A DNA stretch of 64,000 nt from PVC group bacterium (lineage in GTDB: Bacteria > Omnitrophota > Gorgyraeia > B26-G9): contig JAAEQR010000142.1 of NCBI GenBank assembly GCA_024231215.1, positions 228,593 through 292,592 on the forward strand, read 5' to 3'. Below are positions 46,625 through 56,652 of the stretch, in pieces; within the stretch, counting starts at the first letter, position 1, and each line of letters opens with the position of its first letter. The notes beneath the pieces were generated by a model that searched no databases, was not told where the DNA came from, and saw nothing but the letters and a program-made list of their open reading frames with translations. The position numbers and the translations under genes were made by a program.

Positions 46625-46999
46625 TTACTCCCTGACACTATTTCCACATACTATCCGATCTTTTATTCTTTGAAATTTTTTAGGCCCGATTCCTTTTACA
46701 TTTATTAAATCTTGTTTTGTTTTAAACTGGCCGTTTTTTTCGCGGTAGGCTACAATACGCTGGGCAATGACCGGACCAATGCCGGAAAGCTGACAAAGCA
46801 TCTCTGCATCCGCAGAGTTAATAGAAATCATTTCCTGTTTTTGAGAAATGGTTTCTTGTTCAGATGAAGGCTCAACAGAAAGAAGTAATGGAGCAGCCTG
46901 CGGCATATTCTTCCTCATCCAGGATAAGCCCAGTCCCAGGATTAAAACAGCTAAAATAAAAACAATAACCTTTCTCTCCCCTAAAGAAAAGTCCTGCAT
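46625..46999 (-). CDS. comEA: ComEA DNA-binding competence protein (HhH)
   Basis: N-terminal anchor. Tandem HhH (LCQLSGIGPVIAQRIVAYR...LINVKGIGPKKFQRI). Confidence 0.8.
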   Translation of the reverse strand: MQDFSLGERKVIVFILAVLILGLGLSWMRKNMPQAAPLLLSVEPSSEQETISQKQEMISINSADAEMLCQLSGIGPVIAQRIVAYREKNGQFKTKQDLINVKGIGPKKFQRIKDRIVCGNSVRE

Positions 47000-47058
47000 A
47001 TATTATCCCCCAAAATAACCAGCACAAAAATTCTCTTTGAGTGGCGCTTTGAACCGTC

Positions 47059-47080
47059 ATTTTTACAAGGATGTAAAAAT
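47059..47080. repeat. 9-bp perfect inverted repeat ATTTTTACA-agga-TGTAAAAAT
   Basis: Read from the sequence, about 60-80 nt upstream of the comEA start. Confidence 0.45.
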
Positions 47081-47160
47081 AGGCGAGACGCGCGGCCGCA
47101 AGGCACGACGCCGCAGCGGGCTTAGCTCAAAGACGTATTTTTGTGCTACTGACAATTTAA

Positions 47161-49632
47161 CTACATTATAAGATTTACTAGTTTTTTCGGTATAACAATA
47201 AACTTTTTAACCGGCTTATCCTGAACCCAGTTTTTAATCTTTTCATCAGCCAATACTTTTTCTTTTAAAGCATCTTCGGCAATATCCGCCGGTACAATGA
47301 TTTTCGATCTAACCTTGCTATTGACCTGTACCACAATTGTTAATTCATCCTGTTCTAGATATTTTGAATCATATATCGGCCAAGCAGCTTTAAGAATAGT
47401 CCCTTTATTCCCCATCACCTGCCATAATTCTTCACACATATGCGGTGTGATCGGAGAAATCATAATCACCAGCGCTGTTACAGCCTGTTCTAAAACTTCG
47501 TTCATTGCATTTTTTTCCTGCGCAGTACGCAAAGCAGGACTTATTTCATTAACCAGCTCCATCATTGTACTGATTGCCGTATTAAATTTAAAACCTCCGG
47601 ACATTTCCTCCGTTACTTTTTTAATTGCAGTATGAAGTTTGAATAAAAGTTTCTTTTCAAAGCCTAATTCTTTTATTTCCATACCAGATGTTTTTAATTC
47701 ATGAAAGCTCAAAACTAATGTCCAAACCCGGTTCAGAAAACGCCAGGCTCCATCCATATCTTTATTCTGCCAGTCTATTTCCGCCTCCGGAGGAGCGGCA
47801 AATAAAATACGTAATCTTAATGAATCTGCACCGTATTTCTGAATAATCTCATCCGGATCTACGATATTGCCTTTAGACTTAGACATTACTTCGCCGTCTT
47901 TTAGTACCATCCCCTGAGTAAGAAGTTTTTGGAAAGGCTCTTTCATATCGACAAGTCCAATACTATTTAGAAATTTAGTGAAAAATCTCGAATAAAGAAG
48001 ATGTAATACAGCATGTTCAATCCCGCCGATATATTGATCAACCGTCATCCAGTAATTAACTTCTTCCTGATCAAAAACACCTTTATCATAACGCGGGCTG
48101 CAAAATCTCAAAAAATACCAGGAGGAGTCAATAAAAGTAGCCATAGTATCTGTCTCACGACGTGCGGGCTGAGCACAGACAGGACAAGCAACTTCCACAA
48201 ACTCTTTTACTTTAGCTAAAGGGCTTCCCCCTTCTCCGGTAATATCAATTTTTTCCGGCAATTTAACCGGCAAGTCTTTTTCCGGAACCGGCACAACCCC
48301 GCATTTATCACAATAGATCATCGGGATAGGAGTACCCCAATAACGCTGACGAGAGATCAGCCAGTCTTTTAAACGAAAAAATACCTGACGCTGTCCAATT
48401 TTCTCTTGTTCCATCCAATCAGCAATCTTTTCTTTAGCTTCTGTATTTGTCAGCCCATCAAACTGAGCTGAATTGACCTGAACGCCGTCTTCTTCATAAG
48501 CCTCGTTAAGCTCATCGGCATTAGTAATCCCAGCGTCAGAATTTTTAATAACAACACGCATTGGCAAGTTATGTTCTTTGGCAAATAAAAAATCTCGTTG
48601 ATCATGCGTTGGCACCGCCATGATTGCACCTGTACCATAATCCATTAATACATAATCCGCAGTCCAAATCGGAATCTTTTCATTATTTACCGGATTAATC
48701 GCATAAGTCCCGGTAAAAACACCTTCTTTTTTAACATCAGCCGAGACACGGACGATTTTACTTTTTCTAGATACCTGTTCGATGAATTTTAAAACCTGTG
48801 CTTCTTCAGGTTTGCCTTTAATCATTTCTTTTAACTGCGGGTATTCCGGAGCAACAACCATATAGGTTGCTCCAAAAATCGTATCCTGGCGGGTAGTAAA
48901 AACCGGAAGATTTTTTTCTGTCTCTGCCTCTTTAAAATATATCTCTACACCAAAACTCTTTCCGATCCAGTTCTTCTGCATAGTTCTGACACGTTCCGGC
49001 CAGTATTTCAAGGTCTCTAAGTCTTCTAAAAGTACATCTTTAAATTCTGTGATTTTTAGATACCACTGTTCCAATTCTTTCTGGATAACCTCAGTCTGAC
49101 AACGCCAGCATTCTCCGTTGACGACTTCCTCATTAGCCAAGGTTGTCTGACAAGACGGACACCAATTCACCGGACAGCCTTTTTTATAAGCCAGGCCTTG
49201 TTCCATCATTTTGATGAAGATCCACTGATTCCAGCGATAATATTCGTCTCTATGAGTAGATAGTTCCCTGTCCCAGTCATAAGAAAAGCCCATATGCTTT
49301 AATTCTTTTACCATCCAGCCAATACATTTTTCCGTCCATTCTTTAGGATCGGTGTCATGTTTTATCGCCGCGTTTTCTGCCGGCTGGCCAAAAGCATCAA
49401 AACCTATAGGATGTAATACATTGAATCCCGCGGACATTCGATAACGCGCAACCACATCACCGATCGTATAATTACGCACATGACCCATATGTATCCGACC
49501 CGATGGATAAGGAAACATCTCCAAGACATAATATTTCTCTTTATCCTTATCTATGGATGATTTGAAAGTATGATTTTCAGTCCAGTAAGACTGCCATTTC
49601 TTTTCAATCTCTAAAAAATTATACTCACTCAT
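47161..49632 (-). CDS. leuS: Leucine--tRNA ligase
   Basis: HMGH and KMSKS class I motifs. 823 aa. Confidence 0.95.
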   Translation of the reverse strand: MSEYNFLEIEKKWQSYWTENHTFKSSIDKDKEKYYVLEMFPYPSGRIHMGHVRNYTIGDVVARYRMSAGFNVLHPIGFDAFGQPAENAAIKHDTDPKEWTEKCIGWMVKELKHMGFSYDWDRELSTHRDEYYRWNQWIFIKMMEQGLAYKKGCPVNWCPSCQTTLANEEVVNGECWRCQTEVIQKELEQWYLKITEFKDVLLEDLETLKYWPERVRTMQKNWIGKSFGVEIYFKEAETEKNLPVFTTRQDTIFGATYMVVAPEYPQLKEMIKGKPEEAQVLKFIEQVSRKSKIVRVSADVKKEGVFTGTYAINPVNNEKIPIWTADYVLMDYGTGAIMAVPTHDQRDFLFAKEHNLPMRVVIKNSDAGITNADELNEAYEEDGVQVNSAQFDGLTNTEAKEKIADWMEQEKIGQRQVFFRLKDWLISRQRYWGTPIPMIYCDKCGVVPVPEKDLPVKLPEKIDITGEGGSPLAKVKEFVEVACPVCAQPARRETDTMATFIDSSWYFLRFCSPRYDKGVFDQEEVNYWMTVDQYIGGIEHAVLHLLYSRFFTKFLNSIGLVDMKEPFQKLLTQGMVLKDGEVMSKSKGNIVDPDEIIQKYGADSLRLRILFAAPPEAEIDWQNKDMDGAWRFLNRVWTLVLSFHELKTSGMEIKELGFEKKLLFKLHTAIKKVTEEMSGGFKFNTAISTMMELVNEISPALRTAQEKNAMNEVLEQAVTALVIMISPITPHMCEELWQVMGNKGTILKAAWPIYDSKYLEQDELTIVVQVNSKVRSKIIVPADIAEDALKEKVLADEKIKNWVQDKPVKKFIVIPKKLVNLIM

Positions 49633-49740
49633 AGGAAATCATCGCTCCAGTCTCTATTATTTATATTTTCTTAAATTCTTCTTTTCCGGGTTATTCTAAC
49701 ACAGGCAGGATATTAAGGGCAAGTTGAAACTAGGAAAAGG

Positions 49741-51213
49741 TTAAATTGCCTGTTCTAAAACAAGCGAAGATTCTGAAAGAATTTTTTTAAACAGTTTAAA
49801 ATTGTCCTGCATAATTGCAAAAGAGCTTTTTTCTTTTACTAATATCTTCAACATATCTTTTTTTATCATTGTCAATATCTTATCACTACTGACACCACCC
49901 TGCAACAGCTTGTATATATACTTATCTGTCAAACCAAAAATTTCAAATTTTTCCATTATTTTAAACGAATCTTCTTCTAAAAATTCCGGATCATGCATAA
50001 CATCTTCTACGACCGAAGCAAATATCTCCCAAGCTTCAACATATCTTTCAGCACCCTTGGCAGAATCCAGAATTTGATTAGCTACATAAAACATGGTCCT
50101 TTCCAGATATTCAGGATATTTATTCTCTCTGGCAAAAAATTTGGATATAATGTCAAATTTTTTACCCATTTTTTCTTTTAAAGAATCAACATCTCCTCTA
50201 AAAAAACACTCTTTAATAAATTCTTCACCAAATTTATCCATTAACTTTTCTACAAATAACAGCTCTCCCGGATAAGAATTACATAGACGAAATAAAACAG
50301 TTGGATCATTGGATTCTAAATACACAGTACCGGCAAAATTAAATATTCCTGTCTTGGGAAATCTATCGGACATAATTTCTTCTTTGATCTTATCGGTAAC
50401 TTTCGAAGAACCTTTGAGTATTTTTTCCATATCTTTTTTTTCAAGATAAGTAACAATACCTTCACTTAATACTCTGTTAATACCCCCTTTATTCTCGATA
50501 CGACCTCTTTTATGCCATTCTTCATGAACCAAAGAATCTAACACACTGAACATAGTACCCATTTGTTTCTTTTTAAGAAAAATAATCCCGGTATTACTAT
50601 CATCGTTTTCAGTAAAAGTAATAACTCTTGCAAACGAATTTGCCCAATTAAAGTGCAAAGCATGCACCAATACTGAATGATCATCTATGAAAAATATTTC
50701 TTCAAAGTTTAACTCAGGCATAATATCCTCTTTTATTAACACCAAAGCCTCTTGCTGCATTTGTGTCGGACGAGAACTATATTCCCTCAATACACTCAAT
50801 GCCATTTTATAAGTTTTCACCCGGGACAATCTACGATTAATTTCACGAGCTTTTTTTAAAATTTTATCCCCATTTTTTACTATCTTTTCAAACAAAAAGG
50901 CTATATTTAAATTTGACTGCTCTTCCAAGTTCTTTTTTCTCTTACGCTGTTTTTTTTCATGCAAAGCTATCGCTGATCGCACCATTTCCTTGACCCTTTC
51001 TGCCAAGAAAACCTCACGACTATCGCTCTTTTGCCTACCCTTAATCTCAATATCTAAAAAATGCTTATATCCTTGAATAAAAACGTCCTTATGCACATTA
51101 ATATTCGGCGACAACGCATAAGCCTGATTAATTGGACAAAAAAACTGCACAATAATCAATCCAACAAGCGTAAATAGCACTAATTTATGTTTTCCAGAAA
51201 TGTCTACACTCAT
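49741..51213 (-). CDS. Hypothetical secreted protein with an HExxH motif
   Basis: Signal peptide. Single HEEWH motif. No other recognisable domain. Confidence 0.4.
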   Translation of the reverse strand: MSVDISGKHKLVLFTLVGLIIVQFFCPINQAYALSPNINVHKDVFIQGYKHFLDIEIKGRQKSDSREVFLAERVKEMVRSAIALHEKKQRKRKKNLEEQSNLNIAFLFEKIVKNGDKILKKAREINRRLSRVKTYKMALSVLREYSSRPTQMQQEALVLIKEDIMPELNFEEIFFIDDHSVLVHALHFNWANSFARVITFTENDDSNTGIIFLKKKQMGTMFSVLDSLVHEEWHKRGRIENKGGINRVLSEGIVTYLEKKDMEKILKGSSKVTDKIKEEIMSDRFPKTGIFNFAGTVYLESNDPTVLFRLCNSYPGELLFVEKLMDKFGEEFIKECFFRGDVDSLKEKMGKKFDIISKFFARENKYPEYLERTMFYVANQILDSAKGAERYVEAWEIFASVVEDVMHDPEFLEEDSFKIMEKFEIFGLTDKYIYKLLQGGVSSDKILTMIKKDMLKILVKEKSSFAIMQDNFKLFKKILSESSLVLEQAI

Positions 51214-51318
51214 ATAAACCCAACCCCGTTAATAAAACCTATTAATTTCAAGCTAATGTTAAGCATTTTAAAAGTGTTAAAGTATACCACATATTTGATT
51301 TTTTGCAAGATTAAAGGA

Positions 51319-51348
51319 TTGACATAATCCCCTGTCTCATGATATAGT
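51319..51348 (+). promoter_or_regulatory. Candidate sigma70 promoter for tRNA-Ala (TTGACA-18-TATAGT)
   Basis: ttgaca taatcccctgtctcatga tatagt, about 20 nt upstream of the tRNA 5' end. Confidence 0.35.
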
Positions 51349-51367
51349 TTCAACTATAAATTTCGGT

Positions 51368-51443
51368 GGGGTTGTAGCTCAGCTGGGAGAGTACATGACT
51401 GGCAGTCATGGGGTCGGGGGTTCGAGCCCCCCCAGCTCCACCA
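51368..51443 (+). tRNA. tRNA-Ala (anticodon GGC)
   Basis: Manual fold: acceptor GGGGTTG/CAGCTCC including the G3:U70 alanine identity pair. D-arm GCTC-AGCTGGGA-GAGT. Anticodon arm CATGA-CTGGCAG-TCATG. T-arm GGGGG-TTCGAGC-CCCCC. Encoded CCA. Confidence 0.85.
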
Positions 51444-51450
51444 AAAAAAA

Positions 51451-51482
51451 CACCTATTTCTTTAGAAGTAGGTGTTTTTTTT
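51451..51482 (+). terminator. Rho-independent terminator after tRNA-Ala
   Basis: CACCTATTTC-TTTA-GAAGTAGGTG, a 10-bp stem, followed by T8. Confidence 0.6.
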
Positions 51483-51489
51483 AAAGAAG

Positions 51490-51540
51490 TTCATGTATGA
51501 CTCGAACCCCAGGCATCCGCAAGATGCGACACGACGTTCA
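51490..51540 (-). pseudogene. tRNA-like fragment (T-loop GGTTCGAGTC and anticodon-like hairpin), degenerate
   Basis: Minus strand reads ...GTCGCATCTTGCGGATGCCTGGGGTTCGAGTCATACATG. It has a T-loop-like GGTTCGAG and a 4-5 bp hairpin with a UGC loop, but no foldable acceptor or D arms. Confidence 0.25.
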
Positions 51541-51574
51541 GCCCCCCCCCGATGATCTCTATTGAAAAATTCAC

Positions 51575-51603
51575 TTGCAAAGCACTCTATTGCCTACTAT
51601 AAT
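51575..51603 (+). promoter_or_regulatory. Candidate sigma70 promoter for the nfeD-floA operon (TTGCAA-17-TATAAT)
   Basis: ttgcaa agcactctattgcctac tataat, about 30 nt upstream of the nfeD ATG. Confidence 0.4.
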
Positions 51604-51632
51604 TAGACATACCTTAAAAGTGGCATTCTATT

Positions 51633-53099
51633 ATGAAAAAAATACTTATATTTTTATTTATATTCAGCCTGTTTTTCTCCATCATCAGCCTGGATTCTTT
51701 TTCTGAGTCTATTTCTGAAACTATTTACAATATCCCCATAAAAGGCGTGATTGATTTAGGGTTATCTGCATTTGTAAAAAGAAGTGTTCAAGATGCCAAA
51801 GATAAGAATGCTAAAGTTGTAGTACTTGAGATCGACACCCTCGGCGGCAGAGTTGATGCTGCAGAAGAAATAATCCTCGTGATTCAGGAGCTATCCATTC
51901 CTACTTATGCTTATATCACAAATAATGCCTGGTCTGCCGGAGCATTAATCGCTCTATCTTGCAAAGAAATCATTATGAAAACCGGTTCATCTATCGGCTC
52001 AGCTGAACCACGCACTATGGGAGTTAGCTCTTCTCCAGAAGCTACCGACGAGAAAATGATCTCTGCTTTGCGCGCTAAATTTAGGGCTACAGCTGAAGCT
52101 AACAATCACTCTTTAAACCTTGCTCAGGCAATGGTCGATAAAGATATCGAATTAATACAGATAGACTTTAAAGATGAAAATTTAATCCTGACAAAAGAAG
52201 AACTGGAAAAGAAAAAAGAAGAATTCTCTAAGAGAAGCTTTAAAAATGAAACAGTTATCAGCCCGCAGGGAAAACTCCTTAATCTTACAGCTGATGAATC
52301 ATTAAATATCAAACTATCCTCACTAACCGTAGGATCAGACAAAGAATTTTGGGATTATATAAAAAATAAATTTTTTAAAGACTTATTAGAAAACCCTAAA
52401 ATCATCAAACCCTCCCTTACTTGGTCGGAAAATATCGTAAGAGTACTTACTCACCCTATAGTCAGTTCCCTGCTTTTAACTTTAGGCTTCCTAGGTTTAA
52501 TCTTTGAACTGAAAATACCAGGCTGGGGAATTGGCGGAACACTTGGTGTTATTTTCTTAATTCTATTTTTCTGGGGCCACTATTTAGTCGGGCTGGCCAA
52601 TTGGGTGGATATTCTGATCTTTGTTGTTGGCATCGGATTGATAATACTTGAGATCTTTGTTATTCCAGGCTTTGGAATAGCCGGAGTTTTAGGTATAATT
52701 TTCATCTTTACCGGATTGATATTAACTTTAGTGAAAAACCCGTTCACAATGCCCTCTTTTGAACTGCGTACTGCATTTAATATCGTATCCTATGCGTTCA
52801 TCTCCAGTTTTGTTCTTCTGGTACTCTCATTCAAGTTTATTCCCCGTACTGCGTTCTGGAAACGCCTACAGCTCGATGCCGAAGAAAAAAAAGGTCTTGG
52901 ATTCCAGACAAAATCCTTGCCAGAACAAATATGTATTGGTAAAATAGGACAGGCTAAAACAATATTAAGACCATCTGGCCGAGCAGTTTTTGACAATACG
53001 ACAATAGACGTCACCACCTTTGGTGAATTTATTGATAAAGGAAAACAGATTAAAATAGCTAAAATTGAAGGAAATAAAGTATTTGTCGAAAAAACATAG
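51633..53099 (+). CDS. nfeD: NfeD-family membrane-bound serine protease (ClpP-fold domain, TM segments, C-terminal OB domain)
   Basis: VVVLEIDTLGGRVDAAEEI...NNAWSAGALIA ClpP-class motif. Polytopic TM region. C-terminal NfeD beta-barrel. Confidence 0.8.
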   Translation: MKKILIFLFIFSLFFSIISLDSFSESISETIYNIPIKGVIDLGLSAFVKRSVQDAKDKNAKVVVLEIDTLGGRVDAAEEIILVIQELSIPTYAYITNNAWSAGALIALSCKEIIMKTGSSIGSAEPRTMGVSSSPEATDEKMISALRAKFRATAEANNHSLNLAQAMVDKDIELIQIDFKDENLILTKEELEKKKEEFSKRSFKNETVISPQGKLLNLTADESLNIKLSSLTVGSDKEFWDYIKNKFFKDLLENPKIIKPSLTWSENIVRVLTHPIVSSLLLTLGFLGLIFELKIPGWGIGGTLGVIFLILFFWGHYLVGLANWVDILIFVVGIGLIILEIFVIPGFGIAGVLGIIFIFTGLILTLVKNPFTMPSFELRTAFNIVSYAFISSFVLLVLSFKFIPRTAFWKRLQLDAEEKKGLGFQTKSLPEQICIGKIGQAKTILRPSGRAVFDNTTIDVTTFGEFIDKGKQIKIAKIEGNKVFVEKT

Positions 53100-53108
53100 G
53101 GGGATTAA

Positions 53109-53585
53109 ATGCCTATTTGGCTTACAATAATTGCGCTTTTTGTGATCGGTTTCATTCTTATCCTTATTGAAGTAGTTATTATTCCAGGCATTGGACTAGC
53201 CGGAATATTAGGCGCTGTATCTATTGGCGCAGCTTGTTACACGGCCTTTACCAATTTAAGTCCTATTATCGGAGGCCTCCTTTCTCTTGTTAGTATCATT
53301 TTAGTTATAATTCTATTTAAAATATTACCCAAAACATCTGCCTGGAAAAAAACCCGGTTAGCACTGACCCAGAAAAAACAAATGGGTTATCAGGTTGCCC
53401 CCAAAGAATTTAAAACACTGATTAATAAAACCGGCACAACATTAACAATACTCCGTCCCAGTGGCACAGCATTAATTGGGGATAAACGCTATGACGTTGT
53501 TGCTGACTGTGAGTTTATTGAAAAAGATAAAGCAATTGTTGTCTCGGAAGTTGAAGGAATTAGAATAGTCGTAAAAGAAGTTTAA
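53109..53585 (+). CDS. Short NfeD-like protein (TM plus OB-fold domain)
   Basis: 158 aa with two N-terminal TMs and a C-terminal NfeD OB domain similar to the C-terminus of the preceding gene. Confidence 0.65.
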   Translation: MPIWLTIIALFVIGFILILIEVVIIPGIGLAGILGAVSIGAACYTAFTNLSPIIGGLLSLVSIILVIILFKILPKTSAWKKTRLALTQKKQMGYQVAPKEFKTLINKTGTTLTILRPSGTALIGDKRYDVVADCEFIEKDKAIVVSEVEGIRIVVKEV

Positions 53586-53688
53586 AATGTTACTACTAGT
53601 ATTTTTCTTGTTCTTTTTGGATTTTAGTTATTGAATATTGATATTTATTTGGAATTTGTTATCTGGAATTTAACGAAAGGAGCATTGT

Positions 53689-54678
53689 ATGCCTATTTTT
53701 GCGTTTGTAATTATCATTGTTGCGTTTTTCTTTTTGTTTGTCTATTTCATTCCGGTCAGACTATGGATATCAGCCATAGCTTCCGGAGTAACCATGTCCC
53801 TGTTTAATTTATTTGGAATGAGACTTAGAAAAGTCGATCCTTATGTTATTGTTCCATCGATAATCATGAGTCATAAAGCCGGATTAACGGTAAATACCGA
53901 TGCCCTAGAAGCTCATTATCTTGCCGGTGGAGATATAATCCGTGTAGTAAAAGCATTAATCTCAGCAGATAAAGCAAATTTAGATCTTAAATTTGAAAAA
54001 GCCTGCGCAATAGACCTTGCCGGCCGTGATGTTTTAGAAGCAGTTAAAACATCGGTAAATCCTAAGGTTATTGACGCGCCTAAATCGGGATTGCTTTCAG
54101 CTGTAGCTAAAGACGGAATTGAAGTACGCGCTCGCGCCAGAGTAACTGTACGCGCAAATATTGAACGTCTTGTTGGTGGTGCAGTTGAAGATACAATTAT
54201 TGCACGTGTCGGTGAGGGTATTGTTACGACAATAGGTTCAGCTGCAACGTATAAAGCAGTTTTAGAAAATCCTGATAATATTTCTAAGAATGTTTTAGAA
54301 CGCGGTCTTGACGCGGGAACCGCATTTGAAATACTCTCAATTGATATTGCTGATGTTGATGTCGGCAGAAACATCGGAGCAAAACTTCAGACAGATCAGG
54401 CTGATGCAGATTTAAAAGTCGCACAGGCACGCGCAGAAACCAGACGTGCTATGGCTGTAGCGCAAGAACAGGAAATGAAAGCAAGAACCGAAGAAATGCG
54501 AGCCCGTGTAGTTGAAGCGGAATCAGAAGTTCCTAAGGCCATTGCTTATGCATTCAGAGAAGGAAAACTTGGGATTATGGACTATTACAATTTGAAAAAC
54601 ATCCAAGCTGACACCAAAATGCGTGATCAGATCGGTGGCATAGATCAAAATTCTGATCAGGACAAACCGGAGAATTAA
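53689..54678 (+). CDS. floA: Flotillin-like protein FloA (SPFH family, YqfA/UPF0365)
   Basis: N-terminal hairpin TM ([29 protein letters not shown]). SPFH domain. C-terminal EA-rich helix. Confidence 0.85.
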   Translation: MPIFAFVIIIVAFFFLFVYFIPVRLWISAIASGVTMSLFNLFGMRLRKVDPYVIVPSIIMSHKAGLTVNTDALEAHYLAGGDIIRVVKALISADKANLDLKFEKACAIDLAGRDVLEAVKTSVNPKVIDAPKSGLLSAVAKDGIEVRARARVTVRANIERLVGGAVEDTIIARVGEGIVTTIGSAATYKAVLENPDNISKNVLERGLDAGTAFEILSIDIADVDVGRNIGAKLQTDQADADLKVAQARAETRRAMAVAQEQEMKARTEEMRARVVEAESEVPKAIAYAFREGKLGIMDYYNLKNIQADTKMRDQIGGIDQNSDQDKPEN

Positions 54679-54687
54679 TACATCCAT

Positions 54688-55191
54688 ATGGAAGGTTTAT
54701 TTAAATTTATATTTTACGGTATAATTATTGTGGTCTGGGCTATTTCCAATGCCAAGAAAAAAGGCAGATGGGATGATGAAGTTCCTGATTTTTCAGGTGA
54801 TTCTATCCCCCCTGCCAAACCACGTCCAAAACCAGTTTATCAAGCGCCTTCACATGAGGGAGAAATTAAACAGCCATCATATTCCAGGCCAAAACCTCCT
54901 TCGGATAAATACAGCACTGCTTATGAAAAAAAACTTGCGCAAAGAAAAAAAAGACTAGAGACGTTAAAAACCAAACAAAAACCCGAACCAGAACAAACTC
55001 CTCTCCCCTTATATTCCGAACCAAAAGAAAAAGTTAAAGTAAACTCCCAGCCTTTTTTACATACATCCACAAAGAAAAAAGGATATATCTTGCAAAGCCC
55101 GCCAAAAGAAGGTATACTATGGTCTATTGTTTTAGGATCACCACGATCTAAAACACGTTTTGATTGGACAAATCCTCCAATTAGAAAATAG
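54688..55191 (+). CDS. Hypothetical membrane-anchored Pro/Lys-rich protein
   Basis: N-terminal TM. Low-complexity PKP-rich remainder. Confidence 0.4.
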   Translation: MEGLFKFIFYGIIIVVWAISNAKKKGRWDDEVPDFSGDSIPPAKPRPKPVYQAPSHEGEIKQPSYSRPKPPSDKYSTAYEKKLAQRKKRLETLKTKQKPEPEQTPLPLYSEPKEKVKVNSQPFLHTSTKKKGYILQSPPKEGILWSIVLGSPRSKTRFDWTNPPIRK

Positions 55192-55197
55192 AACTTT

Positions 55198-55284
55198 GCC
55201 GAGGTGGCGGAATTGGCATACGCGTCGGTCTCAAACACCGATGGGGGCAACCCCATGTGGGTTCAAGTCCCACCCTCGGCACCA
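55198..55284 (+). tRNA. tRNA-Leu (anticodon CAA), class II with long variable arm
   Basis: Acceptor GCCGAGG/CCTCGGC. Anticodon arm TCGGT-CTCAAAC-ACCGA. Variable arm TGGGGGCAACCCCA. T-arm GTGGG-TTCAAGT-CCCAC. Encoded CCA. Confidence 0.85.
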
Positions 55285-55418
55285 ATAAGTATATCCCAAC
55301 AGGGACTTGAAGCAAGCTTAACGCCGACCTCATGGGAGGAAAAGCGAGCAGGACTGTGAGCGACAGTGAAGCGGGTGGGCCTGCGCAGCAAAAATTAGGA
55401 CAATTTTTGTGTAGTAGG

Positions 55419-55439
55419 CAAGTCCCACCCTCGGCACCA
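55419..55439 (+). repeat. 21-bp perfect direct repeat of the tRNA-Leu 3' end (CAAGTCCCACCCTCGGCACCA)
   Basis: Identical to 55264-55284. The two copies are separated by 134 bp of non-coding DNA. This is an att-like duplication. Confidence 0.65.
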
Positions 55440-55484
55440 GTAAATAATATTTCTATAGCAATACATTAAAAGTGCAGGAACACG

Positions 55485-55820
55485 ATGATAAAACTCTGGA
55501 TAGGTTTTATTCTATTAATACTCTTAGCAGGCATTTTAGTTATGCTTATCTCTGAAGGGCACGAATATAAATGCCAACTGCCAAACGGCGGATATTTGGT
55601 TATTCGCTGGAATGAAAAACATCGAAAAATAGAATTACTAAAATGGCAGCCCCAAGGAAAAGCCTCACTTCCCCCTGAAAATATAATCAAAATACATGAG
55701 GAAAAAAAAGGTGATGGGGAAGAAGAAGAAAAAGAACCAGAGAAAACCTTGCGTTGGAAAGCTAAAGGCAAACCCAAGCCCCCTCCGGAAAACATCATAA
55801 AGATACACAAAGAAGATTAA
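55485..55820 (+). CDS. Hypothetical small membrane protein with duplicated PPENIIKIH(E/K)E motif
   Basis: 111 aa with an N-terminal TM. Two near-identical 11-aa repeats, and a Glu/Lys-rich segment. Confidence 0.35.
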   Translation: MIKLWIGFILLILLAGILVMLISEGHEYKCQLPNGGYLVIRWNEKHRKIELLKWQPQGKASLPPENIIKIHEEKKGDGEEEEKEPEKTLRWKAKGKPKPPPENIIKIHKED

Positions 55821-55845
55821 TTATTATCACTTCAAGAAAAGTTTT

Positions 55846-56652
55846 TTAGATCAGACAAATTACTTTGGTAGGACACACATCAATACACTTCTTACAACCA
55901 ATACATTCAGCATAATCAATTTTGGCCAGATTATTTTCAATAGTTATTGCTTTTACCGGGCAAGCTTTTACACATTTGCCGCAGGCAATACAGCCAACTT
56001 TGCAATTTTTCATAACCTGAGCCCCTTTGTCTTGGGAGCTGCAATTAATATACACTTTATTTTTACCCTTAGGCTGAATCATTTCAATTATATTGCGAGG
56101 ACAAACCGCAATACACTTTTCACAACTGCGGCACTTATGTCCAATAACTTTCGGAACGCCTTCCGGTTGCATTTTAATTGCGTCAAACGGACACACCCGA
56201 ATACAGGTTCCCTGTCCTACACACGCATATTTACACTCTTTATGACCTCCTAAATACAGAACTGCAGACCGGCAATCTTCTAACCCTTGATAATCAAACT
56301 TATTTTTACAACGAGTGCCTCCGCCGCAGGCAATAACCGCAATTTTTTTAACCTGAGTATCCTTATCTGGAGATGATATTCCTAAAACTTCCGCGATTTT
56401 TTGTTTATTCTCACCACTACAAGCCACACAAAAAGCAAGCTCTGTCTTATTTTCTACTAAGGCCTCGGCAAAACTAGCACATCCGGCCAAGCCGCAAGCT
56501 CCGCAATTAGCTCCCGGCAAGAAATCTTTAATCTTAACCACACGAGGATCTTCCTCAATATGAAATTTTTTTGAGGCCCATGCCAATAATAAACCAAACG
56601 CTAACCCTAAACCAGCTAAACTTGCAACAGCAAATATTATCGCTTTCATCAC
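55846..56652 (-). CDS. rnfB: Rnf electron transport complex subunit B
   Basis: N-terminal anchor. CxxCGxxGC Fe-S domain. Several CxxCxxCxxxCP ferredoxin motifs. Confidence 0.85.
   Translation of the reverse strand: MMKAIIFAVASLAGLGLAFGLLLAWASKKFHIEEDPRVVKIKDFLPGANCGACGLAGCASFAEALVENKTELAFCVACSGENKQKIAEVLGISSPDKDTQVKKIAVIACGGGTRCKNKFDYQGLEDCRSAVLYLGGHKECKYACVGQGTCIRVCPFDAIKMQPEGVPKVIGHKCRSCEKCIAVCPRNIIEMIQPKGKNKVYINCSSQDKGAQVMKNCKVGCIACGKCVKACPVKAITIENNLAKIDYAECIGCKKCIDVCPTKVICLI

Noticed and set aside
49633-49740. Possible T-box leader upstream of leuS
   Set aside because: No T-box consensus (AATTAGGGTGGTACCGCG) or specifier-loop architecture is visible on the minus strand.
51200-55460. Possible prophage or genomic island between tRNA-Ala and tRNA-Leu
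   Set aside because: The content is a housekeeping nfeD-nfeD-floA operon plus one hypothetical gene. There is no integrase, recombinase or phage gene. Only the att-like repeat and the tRNA fragment are reported as scars.
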